The notes under the pieces are model-generated. The model searched no databases. It worked only from the letters and a program-made list of their open reading frames with translations, and had not been told where the DNA came from. From an uncultured Verrucomicrobiae bacterium (GTDB lineage: Bacteria > Verrucomicrobiota > Verrucomicrobiia > Chthoniobacterales > UBA10450), in assembly GCA_963726745.1 (NCBI GenBank), contig CAVSDR010000006.1, positions 192,001 to 256,000 of the forward strand: 64,000 bases of DNA. The letters run 5' to 3'. Shown one piece after another: positions 11,201 to 21,492 of this stretch; within the stretch, counting starts at the first letter, position 1, and each line of letters starts with the position of its first letter. The translations under genes and the position numbers were made by a program.

Positions 11201-11666
11201 GCTCCTGGCGCGGCGCGGTCTCGGGCGACCAGGGATTGCGGGTGAACTCCGAGTCAATAATCGCCTGCGCCGTTGCATGGAGCAGCGCGAGCAAGCCCGC
11301 GACGTCGAACTCGTGCCGACGCGGCGCGAAGGGCGCGAGATTTTTTTCCGCCAAATGAAAGAGCCGCACCGCCGGCCCGAGCCGCCGGCCATGGACGCGA
11401 TGCGCGGGAAATTCGAAGTGCTTCTGCAAATGCACAAACCCGCCCGCGGCCTGGATCAACCCCTTGAAATAGCCGGCATCTTCACCCGTGGTCCCGAGCC
11501 AGAGATGCTCCAGGACGTCGTGCGCCTCGTAGTATTTTTGCTCGTTCCAGCAATGGAAAAACCCGCGGTAGCACGGGTGCTGCGCGATGCTCCCGACGCC
11601 GCCGCCGGGCGCCATCGCGCGCTCGAGCTCGGCCACGAAACGCGAAATCCTCTCGCCTTTGTTCAT
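11190..11666 (-). CDS. DUF309 domain protein
   Basis: YYEAHDVLEHLW...FKGLIQAA signature. Confidence 0.88.
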   Translation of the reverse strand: MNKGERISRFVAELERAMAPGGGVGSIAQHPCYRGFFHCWNEQKYYEAHDVLEHLWLGTTGEDAGYFKGLIQAAGGFVHLQKHFEFPAHRVHGRRLGPAVRLFHLAEKNLAPFAPRRHEFDVAGLLALLHATAQAIIDSEFTRNPWSPETAPRQELSA

Positions 11667-11758
11667 CGCGGACGTAGTTTGAACTGGTCTGAGATGAGGG
11701 GCAAACCAGCGCGCGCAAACCTTCCGCGCGAGAGCTGTGTCCGGTGTCCGCGCGCGGC

Positions 11759-13057
11759 ATGACCGCGCTCCTGTCGCTCTCGCTCCTCATCGGCGCGCTC
11801 ATCTTTCTCTCGGCCCTCTTTTCCGGGCTGGAGACCGCGCTCTTCGCGCTTCGGCCCCACCAGCTCCGCCGCCTGGAGGACCAGCATCCGTCGTTGCAGA
11901 ATTTCATCCGCGGCTTCCGCGAGCATCCGCGCCGCGTCCTCAACGTCCTCCTGCTGGCCGACATCGTGGTCAACATCCCGCTGATTGTTCTCTGCGCCTT
12001 CCTCCTCTGGGAAGGACCGCTGGAGAACGCCCATGTCCCGCAGTGGCTCGTGGCCCTCTCGATCTTTGCCGTCATCGTGCTGGTCTGCGACCTCATCCCA
12101 AAGCTGCTCGCGGCCTCGGCTCCCTATCGTTTATCCGCTGTCGGCGTCTTCACCTTGCGCGCGGTCATGCCGTTGCTCGACCGCGTGGGCCGCGGGCTCG
12201 AGCGGGCCAGCGAAGCGCTCGTCCGGCGGGTGACGCCTGGCCAGACCGGCATCCGCCCGCGGATGAGCGACGAGGAATTGGAGACGCTCGTGGAGATGGG
12301 CGAAGAAGCCGGGACGCTGCACGAGGCCGAGGGCGAGATGATCCAGGAGATCATCAAATTAGGCGACAAGACGGTGAAGGATTGCCTCACGCCGCGGGTC
12401 GACACCTTCGCGTTACCCGACGATCTCTCCAACGAGGAGGCGCTCGCGCTTTTGAAGACGAAACGCTTCCGCCGCGTGCCGGTCTACGCGGACACGCCCG
12501 ACCAAATCGTCGGCATCCTCGACGTGAAGCGTTTCCTGCTCGACCCGGCCTCGCCCTACACCGAGCTGCTCGATGCCCCTTCGTTCGTGCACGAAACCAT
12601 GTCCGCGATGGAGCTGCTCCGGAGCTTCCTCCATCGGCCGCAGGGCCTGGCGATCGTGGTCGACGAATTCGGCGGCACCGAGGGGATCATCACCACCGCC
12701 GATATCGTCGAGGAAATCATCAGCGACGCCGCGCCGCTCGGGCAGGCCGAGCTTTACATCGAGCCGCTGGCCGATGGCCGCCTGCTGGTGAGCGGAAACG
12801 CGCGCCTTGACGATCTCGCAGAGCATCTCGGTTTCGAGCTGGAAGCGGACGGCATCGACACCATTGGCGGCCTGGTCTTTAACCGCCTCGGCTACCTGCC
12901 GCCGAACGGCACCGCGGTGGAATGGCCGCGCCTTTCCGTAACCGTGCGCCGCACCGGGCGGAAGCGAATCGAGGAATTGCTCCTGGAGAAAACGGCGTCC
13001 CTCATCCCTGGAGACGGCGTGGAGCATGGGCCGGCGGAAACGGAGGCCGCGCCATGA
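11759..13057 (+). CDS. CNNM/hemolysin family protein (DUF21 + CBS pair + CorC/HlyC)
   Basis: SALFSGLETALF, RVPVY, VVDEFGGTEGIIT, DTIGG. Confidence 0.9.
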   Translation: MTALLSLSLLIGALIFLSALFSGLETALFALRPHQLRRLEDQHPSLQNFIRGFREHPRRVLNVLLLADIVVNIPLIVLCAFLLWEGPLENAHVPQWLVALSIFAVIVLVCDLIPKLLAASAPYRLSAVGVFTLRAVMPLLDRVGRGLERASEALVRRVTPGQTGIRPRMSDEELETLVEMGEEAGTLHEAEGEMIQEIIKLGDKTVKDCLTPRVDTFALPDDLSNEEALALLKTKRFRRVPVYADTPDQIVGILDVKRFLLDPASPYTELLDAPSFVHETMSAMELLRSFLHRPQGLAIVVDEFGGTEGIITTADIVEEIISDAAPLGQAELYIEPLADGRLLVSGNARLDDLAEHLGFELEADGIDTIGGLVFNRLGYLPPNGTAVEWPRLSVTVRRTGRKRIEELLLEKTASLIPGDGVEHGPAETEAAP

Positions 13058-14001
13058 CCTGGCTGGCGATCCTCGGCCTGGGCGCGCTCTCCTTTCTCTT
13101 CGCGGGCATCGAGGCCGGCTTGCTCTCGTTAGACCCAGTCCGCCTGCGGCATCATGCGAAAGGCGGCGCGCCCGGCGCGCGCCGGCTCGCGCGGCTGCAC
13201 GAGCGGCCCGCGCGCTTGCTCGTGACCGTGCTCCTGCTCACGAACGTAGTCGACATCGCCGCCCTCCTGCTGGCCACGCGCGCACTCGTGGAGAGCTTTG
13301 GTCTTGCTGGCTATTTTCTCGCCGCCGGCGCGGCCATCCCGATCTATCTCTTCTTCCTCGCGGTCCTGCCAAAGACGCTTTTCCGCCGGCTCCCGCTCCG
13401 CGCGCTCGCCGCACTCGGTGGTCTGCTCGAGAGCGCCACGCTCCTGCTCCTCCCGGTGATCGTGGTGGGCGAATGGCTCGGCCGCCAGGTCCTCCCGCGG
13501 CGCGCTCGCTCGGAAGGCATGCGCCTTTTCGCCGCGCGCGAGGAATTGAAACAGGTCGCGGTGCAAAGCGAGCGCGAAGGCGGCCTGACTGCGGCCGAGC
13601 GCGCGATGATCCACAACGTGGTCGACTTCCGGAACGTCCGCGTGCGCGACGTGATGGAACCGCTCGCGCAAAGCGTCACCATCCGCCCGCAGACTTCGCC
13701 GCAGCAGCTCTTCGAACTCAGCCGCACCTCCGGGCGCGATCGTTTCGCCGTGCTCGACGACCGCGGCGCGGCCGTAGGCCTGGTCAACGTCTTCGACTTG
13801 CTCCTGGACAGCGCGCCCGCCTCCCTCCCGCGCCATCTCCGCCGCATCCTTACCGTCGAGGAAGACGAGCCCGCCTATCGTCTCATTCGCCGGCTGCGCG
13901 CCGCGCGCGCCGGGCTCGCGGCGGTCGTCGATCGCGAGCGCCGGGTCATCGGCATCGCGACCACGGAGGAATTGATCCGGCGCCTGGTCCAGAGCGCGTA
14001 G
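13054..14001 (+). CDS. CNNM (DUF21-CBS) protein, second paralogue lacking the CorC domain
   Basis: SFLFAGIEAGLLSL, degenerate CBS pair; ATGA overlap with the upstream gene. Confidence 0.82.
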   Translation: MTWLAILGLGALSFLFAGIEAGLLSLDPVRLRHHAKGGAPGARRLARLHERPARLLVTVLLLTNVVDIAALLLATRALVESFGLAGYFLAAGAAIPIYLFFLAVLPKTLFRRLPLRALAALGGLLESATLLLLPVIVVGEWLGRQVLPRRARSEGMRLFAAREELKQVAVQSEREGGLTAAERAMIHNVVDFRNVRVRDVMEPLAQSVTIRPQTSPQQLFELSRTSGRDRFAVLDDRGAAVGLVNVFDLLLDSAPASLPRHLRRILTVEEDEPAYRLIRRLRAARAGLAAVVDRERRVIGIATTEELIRRLVQSA

Positions 14002-14002
14002 G

Positions 14003-14497
14003 CTATTCCACGCTCGCCTCGGCCAGGTGGGCGATCCCCTCGCCCGTCAGGCGGTAGACGGTCCACTCGTCCATCGGTTTCGCGCCGAGCTTTTGGTAGA
14101 AGCCAATCGCCGGCTCGTTCCAATCGAGCACCGACCACTCCATCCGCCCGCAGCCGCGCGCGCGCGCAATCTGCGCCAGCCTAACGAGTAATCGCCGCCC
14201 GTAGCCGTGGCCCCGCTTTTCCGGCCGCACGAAAAGGTCCTCCAGGTAAAGCCCCGGGCGCCCCAGCCAGGTGGAGAAGTTGAAAAAATAGACGGCAAAA
14301 CCAGCCGCCACTTCCTCCTCGAGCGCGAGCAAGACCTCCGCCGCCGGGCGCGCGCCGAAGAGCACCGCGCGCAGTTGTTCCTCGTCCGCGACCACGTCCT
14401 GCGGGGCGCGTTCGTACTCCGCGAGGTCGCGGATGAGCTGCAAAATCGTCGGCACATCGGCCACCGTGGCCGGGCGAATGGTGAAGCGTGGCGGCAT
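14003..14497 (-). CDS. GNAT N-acetyltransferase (diamine acetyltransferase-like)
   Basis: FNFSTWLGRPGLYLEDLFV, RGHGYG, EWSVLDWNEPAIGFY. Confidence 0.92.
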   Translation of the reverse strand: MPPRFTIRPATVADVPTILQLIRDLAEYERAPQDVVADEEQLRAVLFGARPAAEVLLALEEEVAAGFAVYFFNFSTWLGRPGLYLEDLFVRPEKRGHGYGRRLLVRLAQIARARGCGRMEWSVLDWNEPAIGFYQKLGAKPMDEWTVYRLTGEGIAHLAEASVE

Positions 14498-14581
14498 GCG
14501 CCGACGCTACCATCGTCTTGACAAACCCGCAGCCTCCAGCCAATCGAGAAGCAGCGCTTTGCAGCCCGCGCTTCCGGAATT

Positions 14582-15151
14582 ATGAAGACCCCTTCTCTCG
14601 CGCGTTTGCTCCTTTGCGCCAGCCTCCTCCTCGCCGGCCGCGCGCCCGCGCAACCACCACCGCCGGGGGAAGAGGCCACGCCCGCGCCGGAGCGCCGCAC
14701 GACCGCGAAGGTGGCCGATTACCAGAAGCTGCTGCCAGTTTTGCCGGAGCCCCCGGAGGGCTGGAAGGCGGATGACGCCGAGGGCTCGACCGAGGATTTG
14801 GGCGAATCGCAAATCTCCAGTGCGCATCGCGATTACACCAAGGGCGAGATCGGCGACGCGCCGACCACCTCGATCAGCATCCTCGATTCCGTGACCAGCC
14901 CGGAGTATGTCGAGGCCACCACCGCCGGTTGGAAGCTGAACGAAACCACCGCCGAGGGTTTCACCAAGTCGCTCAGCATCGACGGCTATCCCGGCTTCGA
15001 GACCTTCGAAAATGACGAGAAACACGGCACCCTTTGGCTGCTCGTGGCGAAACGCTATTTCCTCCAGATCGAGACCATGGGCCAGGACGCGGCCGCGCTC
15101 GAGGAATGGCTCAAGCGCGTCGACTTGAAGAAGCTCGCGGAGATCAAGTAA
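14582..15151 (+). CDS. Secreted hypothetical protein
   Basis: Signal peptide, Pro-rich linker and acidic globular domain; coding-like codon usage. Confidence 0.75.
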   Translation: MKTPSLARLLLCASLLLAGRAPAQPPPPGEEATPAPERRTTAKVADYQKLLPVLPEPPEGWKADDAEGSTEDLGESQISSAHRDYTKGEIGDAPTTSISILDSVTSPEYVEATTAGWKLNETTAEGFTKSLSIDGYPGFETFENDEKHGTLWLLVAKRYFLQIETMGQDAAALEEWLKRVDLKKLAEIK

Positions 15152-15170
15152 CGGCCGCTAAGCTGCGTTC

Positions 15171-16181
15171 GTGCTGCGCGCGTTTTCCTGCGGCCTCTTC
15201 CTCGCCGCCAGCCTCGAGGCGCACGCCGGGCTCGCGCCGGACGCGCGCTACGTCGGCGCAGTCGGCTGCAAATCCTCCAGTTGCCACGGCGGCGTGGGCG
15301 AGAAGAACGGACAATATCTCACTTGGGTGCGAGAGGATTTCCACGCGCGCGCCTTCGCTCCGCTGACGAACGCTCGCTCCGCGCGAATCGCGGAAACGCT
15401 CGGCCTCGCGAACCCGGCGGAAAGCCCACGCTGCACCATCTGCCACTCGCCGCTGGCGGCGGCGGCGCCCGCTCGCCTGCGCAAAAGCGCGGACCCGCGC
15501 GAAGGCGTCTCCTGCGAGAGCTGCCACGGCGCCGCCGGCCACTGGTGGCGCGGGCACACGCGCACCGACTGGACCTACGCCACGCGCGTGGGCGCCGGGA
15601 TGCGCGACCTCCGCAGCGTCTACGTGCGCGCAAATACCTGCGTCGCCTGCCACCAGAATTTAGACAGCGAGATCGCCGCCGCCGGCCATCCGGAGTTGTG
15701 CTTCGAACTCGACCGCCAATCGACCGAGGAACCGAAGCACTGGCGCGACCCCGAAGGGAGCGGCCCGCGCCTTTGGCTCACCGGCCAGGCGGTCGCGCTC
15801 CGCGAGCTGAGCTGGCGCCTAACGAGTGCTGCCGACGGCCCTACTGAAGCACAAGCCGCTGCCTTGCGCTGGCTCCTCGCGGAAGTGACCGCGGCCGATC
15901 CCGCGCTCCCGCGGATCGACCCGGCCGCGCCGCCCGCGCAAGCCCAGCAGCAGGCCGACTCCCTCGCGCGCGCCGCCGCCGCCGCGCGCCTGCCCAATGT
16001 GGCGGCAATTAGACAGCGCCTTCTCCGCCTCGCGCCGGCCGATTTCCGCCAAGCCGAGCGCCTGGTCCTCGCGCTCGAAGCCCTCGGCGGCGCCTCGCCG
16101 GAGTTGCGCGCGGCGCTCCGCGCGCGCGAAGCCTTCGAGCCTGCGGCCTTCGCGGAACACCTGCGGAAACTCGCGCCCTAG
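15171..16181 (+). CDS. Multiheme c-type cytochrome (cytochrome c554-like) with a helical C-terminal domain
   Basis: Signal peptide; heme motifs CKSSSCH, CTICH, CESCH and CVACH. Confidence 0.85.
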   Translation: MLRAFSCGLFLAASLEAHAGLAPDARYVGAVGCKSSSCHGGVGEKNGQYLTWVREDFHARAFAPLTNARSARIAETLGLANPAESPRCTICHSPLAAAAPARLRKSADPREGVSCESCHGAAGHWWRGHTRTDWTYATRVGAGMRDLRSVYVRANTCVACHQNLDSEIAAAGHPELCFELDRQSTEEPKHWRDPEGSGPRLWLTGQAVALRELSWRLTSAADGPTEAQAAALRWLLAEVTAADPALPRIDPAAPPAQAQQQADSLARAAAAARLPNVAAIRQRLLRLAPADFRQAERLVLALEALGGASPELRAALRAREAFEPAAFAEHLRKLAP

Positions 16182-16233
16182 CGCAATTGCGGCTTTCGCA
16201 TCCGCGGCCCGCCACGTTAGCTTTTTCCCCTCG

Positions 16234-17382
16234 ATGCCCGACGCCGCTTCCTCGCCTTCGCCTTACACCCGCGCCAACCCCTTCCCCGGAAAGATGCGCG
16301 TCAATCGCCGCCTCAACCCCGATTCCTCCAAGGACACCCGGCATTTTGAGATCGATCTCACCGGCTGGGGGCTCGGCTACGAGGTCGGCGATTCCATGGC
16401 CATCTATCCCTCGAACGATCCCGCGCTGGTCGAGGAATTTCTCCACGCGCTCCACGCCACCGGCGACGAAGTTGTCCCCGGCACCCGCACCGCAGAGCTG
16501 CCGTTGCGCGAGGCGTTGCTCCGCGAATACAGCATCACCGCGGTCACGCCGAAATTGCTCAAGGGCATCGCCGAGCGCGCCACCGCTGCGCCTTTGCTCA
16601 AAGAATTGCTCGAGCCGGAACGCAAAGCTGACCTGCAGACTTACCTCTTCGGCATGGAGGTGATCGATTTCCTCCTGCAACATCCCTCGATCCACTTCAC
16701 GCCCGCGGAGTTGGTCGCGCTCCTCTCGAAATTGCAGCCGCGACTTTACTCGATTTCCTCCAGCTTGAAGGCCTTCCCGGAGCAAGTGCACCTGACCGTG
16801 GACGTGGTCCGCTACGAGAGCCACGGCCGCCAGCGGAAGGGCGTGTGCTCCTCGTTCCTGGCCGAGCGCGCGGACGATGCGCCTGTGCCCGTTTTCCCAA
16901 ATGCCTCGAAGTTTCGCCTCCCGGAGAATCCCGACACGCCGATCATCATGGTCGGCCCGGGCACCGGGATCGCGCCCTTCCGCGCCTTCCTCCAGGAGCG
17001 CAAGGCCACCGGCGCGCGCGGGAAATCGTGGCTTTTCTTCGGCTCGCAAAAAGAGCGGTGCGACTACTTCTACAAGGACGAATTCGATCAACTCCGCGCA
17101 GAAGGTTTCCTCCACCGGATCGACTGCGCCTTCTCGCGCGACCAGGAGCACAAGGTCTACGTGCAACACCGCATGCTCGAGAACGCCGCCGCGCTTTGGC
17201 AGTGGCTCGATGCCGAGGGCGCGCACTTTTACGTCTGCGGCGACGCCAAGCGCATGGCCAAGGACGTGGACGCGGCCCTCCAGCAGATCATCCAAAAGGA
17301 AGGCCGGAAAGATGCCGAAGAAGCCGCCGCCTATGTCGAGCAACTCAAGAAAGAGAAACGCTACAAGCGCGACGTCTACTGA
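16234..17382 (+). CDS. CysJ-like NADPH flavoprotein (FAD- and NADPH-binding domains only, no flavodoxin domain)
   Basis: PRLYSISSS, GVCS, MVGPGTGIAPFRAF, AFSRDQ..KVYVQ, YVCGDA, RYKRDVY. Confidence 0.85.
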   Translation: MPDAASSPSPYTRANPFPGKMRVNRRLNPDSSKDTRHFEIDLTGWGLGYEVGDSMAIYPSNDPALVEEFLHALHATGDEVVPGTRTAELPLREALLREYSITAVTPKLLKGIAERATAAPLLKELLEPERKADLQTYLFGMEVIDFLLQHPSIHFTPAELVALLSKLQPRLYSISSSLKAFPEQVHLTVDVVRYESHGRQRKGVCSSFLAERADDAPVPVFPNASKFRLPENPDTPIIMVGPGTGIAPFRAFLQERKATGARGKSWLFFGSQKERCDYFYKDEFDQLRAEGFLHRIDCAFSRDQEHKVYVQHRMLENAAALWQWLDAEGAHFYVCGDAKRMAKDVDAALQQIIQKEGRKDAEEAAAYVEQLKKEKRYKRDVY

Positions 17383-19455
17383 TTGCGAGACTCGCGAGGC
17401 CAAGCAGCAGCGTCAGGCCGGCGATCGCACCGCCGAGGGTCACGGCGCGCGGGCGGTAGGTTAATTCCAGGCGGCCGCGAGAATTAGCCGGCAACTCGAC
17501 CACCGGCGCGAGCCCGTGCCAGGCGTTCACCGCCAGCGGCACGCCGTCGAAAGTTGCGCGGTAGCCGGGGAAATACGGCCGGGAAAAGATCACCCGCACC
17601 TGCTTGCCCGGTTCGGCGGCGATGATCTCGGCCACGACATGTTGCCGGCTATTTTCCAGGAGGCGGATTTCGGCGTTGGCGAAACTTTGGCCCGGCAGCG
17701 CCCGCACCGGTGCGAGCGCGCGGCGGCGATGAAAAACTTCTCCTTCGTCGCTCGCGAAGACGCGCTCCCATTCCTCCGAAGGCCCGATCGGAATCGCGAA
17801 GCCGCGTCCCGCGATCACGCCATCGATCCCGATCTCCGCGAGCAAGCCCTCCGGCCCGCCCTCCTCGAAAACGACTTCGCGCACGCGCGCGGGGTTAATC
17901 TGGCCGTGCGTGCCAAAGTCGAGCAGCCGCGCGATCCCGGCGGGGCCCACGGGGCTGTAGCCGTTGATCAGATGAACGCCGGCAAACAGCGCCGTACTCC
18001 CCGGCCGCACGACCGAGCCGAAGGGCATGCCCGTAGTGCCGGCCTGATACCAGGCTTGCGGCGCGGGGTAGAGACTGAGGTACAGGCGGTCGCGAGCGAG
18101 CGGCACGGGGGCGCGCAAAGTGTCGGCAAACCAGTAGCGCGCCACGGACGCATGCACGTCGAGTTGCAGGTAGGTCGCGAGCAGGGCCAAGAAAACAACC
18201 AGCGGCGTGATCCAGGCCGCAAGTTGCTGCCTAACGAGTGCTGACCCGGCCCACCAAAAGAGGCTCAAGCAGAGAAAAATAGCCGGCAGGATGGGCGCGG
18301 CGTGCGGCTGCAGCACCCAGGCGAGCGCGACGAAAAAGGTGCTCCACGCCCCGGGTTTCCCGCGGAGTTGCCCGCGCTGCCAGACCTCCGCCGCGAGGAG
18401 CAGCGAGCACGAGGTGGAAGAGCGGCAGCCAGCGAAAGCTGAAACGAAAAATGCCTGCGCTCGGGAGCATCGCGAGCGCGAGCACGGCGAGGAGCAAACC
18501 GAGTTCCCAGCGCCGGCGAAGTCGTCCGCTGAGAAGCGCTGCCAGCACGACCACCGCCGGCACCAATCCGCAGGCTAATTCCACCGCGGCGTGCGACGCG
18601 AGCGCGCCTTCGAATTGCCGCCAGAGGCACGGTCCACGAAGGCAGCACTAATCCAGGCAGGCCGGCGAGCGGCACAAGCCATTGGCGCGGCGGGAAAATT
18701 TCCACGGAACGCCGCGAACCTTCGGCATACGTCAGGAGCGAAAGCCAGGCGGGCGCAGAAAGGCCAAGCCCGAAAATCCAACCCACGCCCAGCCGCCAAC
18801 TTCTCCGCCAGTCCTGCAGCGCAAGCCACGCGGTCACGAGCCCGAGCATGATGATGGTGTAGGGAAAACCGGCGGCGATCAGCAGGTAAATAAAGGGCGC
18901 CGGCAGGAGAAAATGCGGCCAGCGCGCACCCGGCGGAAGCGCTTTCTCCATGGCCCACCAGGCCCATGGAAGCCAGGCGAACGCGGCGATCGCGGCAAAC
19001 CAATCGGTCGCGCCCCAGGCGATGTTCCAACCGTTGAGCGCCGCGACCAGGCCAACCATGAGCGCAAGTGGCTGGCTAATTTTTCGCCCCCTCGCGAGCA
19101 GGTAGCCGCCGGCTGCGAGGACCATCAAATGAACGATCGAGAGCGCGGCCGCCTGTTGTGAGAAAGAGAGAGTAAACTTCCAGATCGCGACGACCGCGAC
19201 GTTCACGAAAATCGAGAAGGTCCCGTATTGGAACTCACCCGCGAGATTCCCGCAGACCCACGAATACGGACTGAGGAGCGGCCAATGGCCTTCGCCCCAA
19301 CTGCGCGCGATGTCGGCAAAAACCGGCAGGATCGAAATCTGATAATCGTCGACCCAGAAAAAGTGCGGCTCGTGCCAGAGGAGCGCGCAGGAGAAGAGCA
19401 GCGTGAGCAGCGCCGCGGCACCCGCGCCTAACAAGTCGTCGCGCGCGCTTTTCAC
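17345..19455 (-). CDS. YfhO-like polytopic membrane protein (GT-C-like); at least two frameshifts near 18620 and 18350
   Basis: Hydrophobic sequence continues across ORFs 18265..19455, 18231..18584 and 17345..18316; YFPGY...L.YRP C-terminal motif. Confidence 0.6.
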
Positions 19456-19462
19456 GCCGGCG

Positions 19463-20407
19463 CTACAGCACGACTGGCATGCCTTCGGTCATGACCAGCA
19501 CCTGCTGGTCGATCCCGTGTTCGCGCGCGCAAGCCATCAGGCGCGCGGGCGGCTCGTCGAGCGGCTCGTAGCCGAGGCGGAAGCTGCCGTAGTGCATCGG
19601 CACGAGTTTCTTCGCGCCCAGTTCGGTGAAAGCCTTGACCGCTTCCTCGGGATTCATGTGCACCTCGCGGCCACTCGGCGGGTCGTAGGCGCCGATCGGC
19701 AGGAGTGCGATCTCGATGTCAAAACGCTTTCCGATTTCCTTGAAGCCTTCGAAGTAGGCGCTGTCGCCGCAATGAAAAATCGAGCGCCCTTCGGCCTCGA
19801 TGTGGAAGCCGCCGAAGCCGCGATGCGAATCGTGCAGGAGGCGCGCGCCCCAATGGTGGCAAGGCGTGAGAGTGACGCAGAGCGGGCCGAGCTCGATCCG
19901 CTGCCAGTGATCGAGCTCGTGCACGATGTTGAAGCCGAGATCGTGCACCAGATTGCCCACGCCGTAAGGCACGACGATCGGCTGATCGGCCGCGACTTTG
20001 CGCAGGGTGCGCCGGTCGAGGTGATCGAAATGCGCGTGGGTCACGAGGACGAAATCGATCTCCGGCAGGTGATAGATTTCAAAGCCGGGCCGCTTGAGGC
20101 GCTTGATCACCTTGAGCCACATCGACCAGATCGGATCCACCAGGACATTGACCTTCGAAGTCTGGATGAGGAACGAGGCATGCCCGATCCAGGTGATGCA
20201 GATTTCGCCTTCCTTGACCTTCGGGAACAAGGGCAGGCCGCCCTTCCCTTCCCGCTTGGTGAAGAGCGACGGGATCAGGACGCTGGTGAGGAAGTTTCGC
20301 TTGTGCCAGTCGGTCCCCGGCTTGAGCCCGACCTTGCGCGAGTAGACCGCCTCGCCGTTACCCGCGGCCTGAATGCGCTGGCTCTTTTTGGAAAACGGTA
20401 TCGGCAC
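19463..20407 (-). CDS. Metallo-beta-lactamase fold hydrolase (RomA/NAPE-PLD-like)
   Basis: TWIGHAS, THAHFDHLD, GDSAY, LLPIGAY, HMNPEEA, PMHYG; start inferred at GTG 20407. Confidence 0.85.
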   Translation of the reverse strand: MPIPFSKKSQRIQAAGNGEAVYSRKVGLKPGTDWHKRNFLTSVLIPSLFTKREGKGGLPLFPKVKEGEICITWIGHASFLIQTSKVNVLVDPIWSMWLKVIKRLKRPGFEIYHLPEIDFVLVTHAHFDHLDRRTLRKVAADQPIVVPYGVGNLVHDLGFNIVHELDHWQRIELGPLCVTLTPCHHWGARLLHDSHRGFGGFHIEAEGRSIFHCGDSAYFEGFKEIGKRFDIEIALLPIGAYDPPSGREVHMNPEEAVKAFTELGAKKLVPMHYGSFRLGYEPLDEPPARLMACAREHGIDQQVLVMTEGMPVVL

Positions 20408-20445
20408 GGTCGGGCAACGTAGAAGGTCAGTCGTGGGACGCAACC

Positions 20446-21492
20446 CTACTGCCCGAGGACCCAGGCAAAGATCAAGGGGGCGCAAATGGTCGCATCGCTC
20501 TCGACCACGAACTTGGGCGTGGAAGCCGCCAGCTTGCCCCAAGTGATCTTTTCGTTCGGGACCGCGCCGGAGTAACTCCCGAAGCTGGTCGTCGAATCGC
20601 TGATTTGGCAGAAGTAACCCCACAGCGGCACGCCGGTGCGCTCGAGATCCTGGTGCAACATCGGGACCACGCAGATCGGGAAATCGCCCGCAATCCCGCC
20701 GCCGATCTGGAAGAAGCCGATCGAGCCCTCGCGATTGCGCAGGCGCTTGGCGTTCTTGGTATAAAACTCCGCCAGCCAGGTCATGTATTCGATCCCGGTG
20801 CGGACGGTGTGCACATTCTTCACGTCGCCACGAATGACCGCCGCGGCATACATATTCCCGAGGGTCGCGTCCTCCCAGCCGGGGACGACAATCGGCAGGT
20901 TCTTTTCGCAAGCCGCGATCATCCAGGAGTTCTTCGGATCGATCTGGTAGCTTTGCTTAAGCTTCCCGCTCCGCAGAATTTTATACATGAACTCATGCGG
21001 GAAATAATGTTCGCCCGCGCGATCCGCGGCCATCCACTCCGCCAGCACCGCTTTCTCAATCCGCCGCATCGCCTCCATCTCGGGGATGCAGGTATCGGTC
21101 ACGCGGTTCATATGCCGGGAAAGAAGCTCCTGCTCGTCGGCCGGCGTGAGTTCGCGGTAGTGCGGCACCCGCTCGTAATGATCGTGCGCGACCAGGTTGA
21201 AGATGTCCTCCTCGAGATTGGCGCCGGTGCAGACGATCAGGTGCACCTTGTCCTGCCGAATCATTTCCGCGAGGGAGATGCCAAGCTCGGCAGTCGACAT
21301 CGCGCCCGCGAGCGTCACCAGCATTTTGCCGCCGGCCGCGAGGTGGGTCTCGTAGCCCTTGGCCGCATCGAGCAAGGCGGCGGCATTAAAGTGCCGGTAG
21401 TTCCGCGCGATGAACTGCGAGACCGGACCTTTCTTGGCCGCGAGGTTGGCGTTGATTTCTTCCGGGCTGGCGGAGCGTCGTTTGGCTTTCAT
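20446..21492 (-). CDS. Deoxyhypusine synthase-like protein
   Basis: TLAGAMSTAELG, CTGANLEED, GSYSGAVPNEKITWGKL, ESDATI. Confidence 0.9.
   Translation of the reverse strand: MKAKRRSASPEEINANLAAKKGPVSQFIARNYRHFNAAALLDAAKGYETHLAAGGKMLVTLAGAMSTAELGISLAEMIRQDKVHLIVCTGANLEEDIFNLVAHDHYERVPHYRELTPADEQELLSRHMNRVTDTCIPEMEAMRRIEKAVLAEWMAADRAGEHYFPHEFMYKILRSGKLKQSYQIDPKNSWMIAACEKNLPIVVPGWEDATLGNMYAAAVIRGDVKNVHTVRTGIEYMTWLAEFYTKNAKRLRNREGSIGFFQIGGGIAGDFPICVVPMLHQDLERTGVPLWGYFCQISDSTTSFGSYSGAVPNEKITWGKLAASTPKFVVESDATICAPLIFAWVLGQ

Noticed and set aside
14518..14550. TTGACA as a -35 promoter element
   Set aside because: No convincing -10 hexamer at 16-18 bp spacing.
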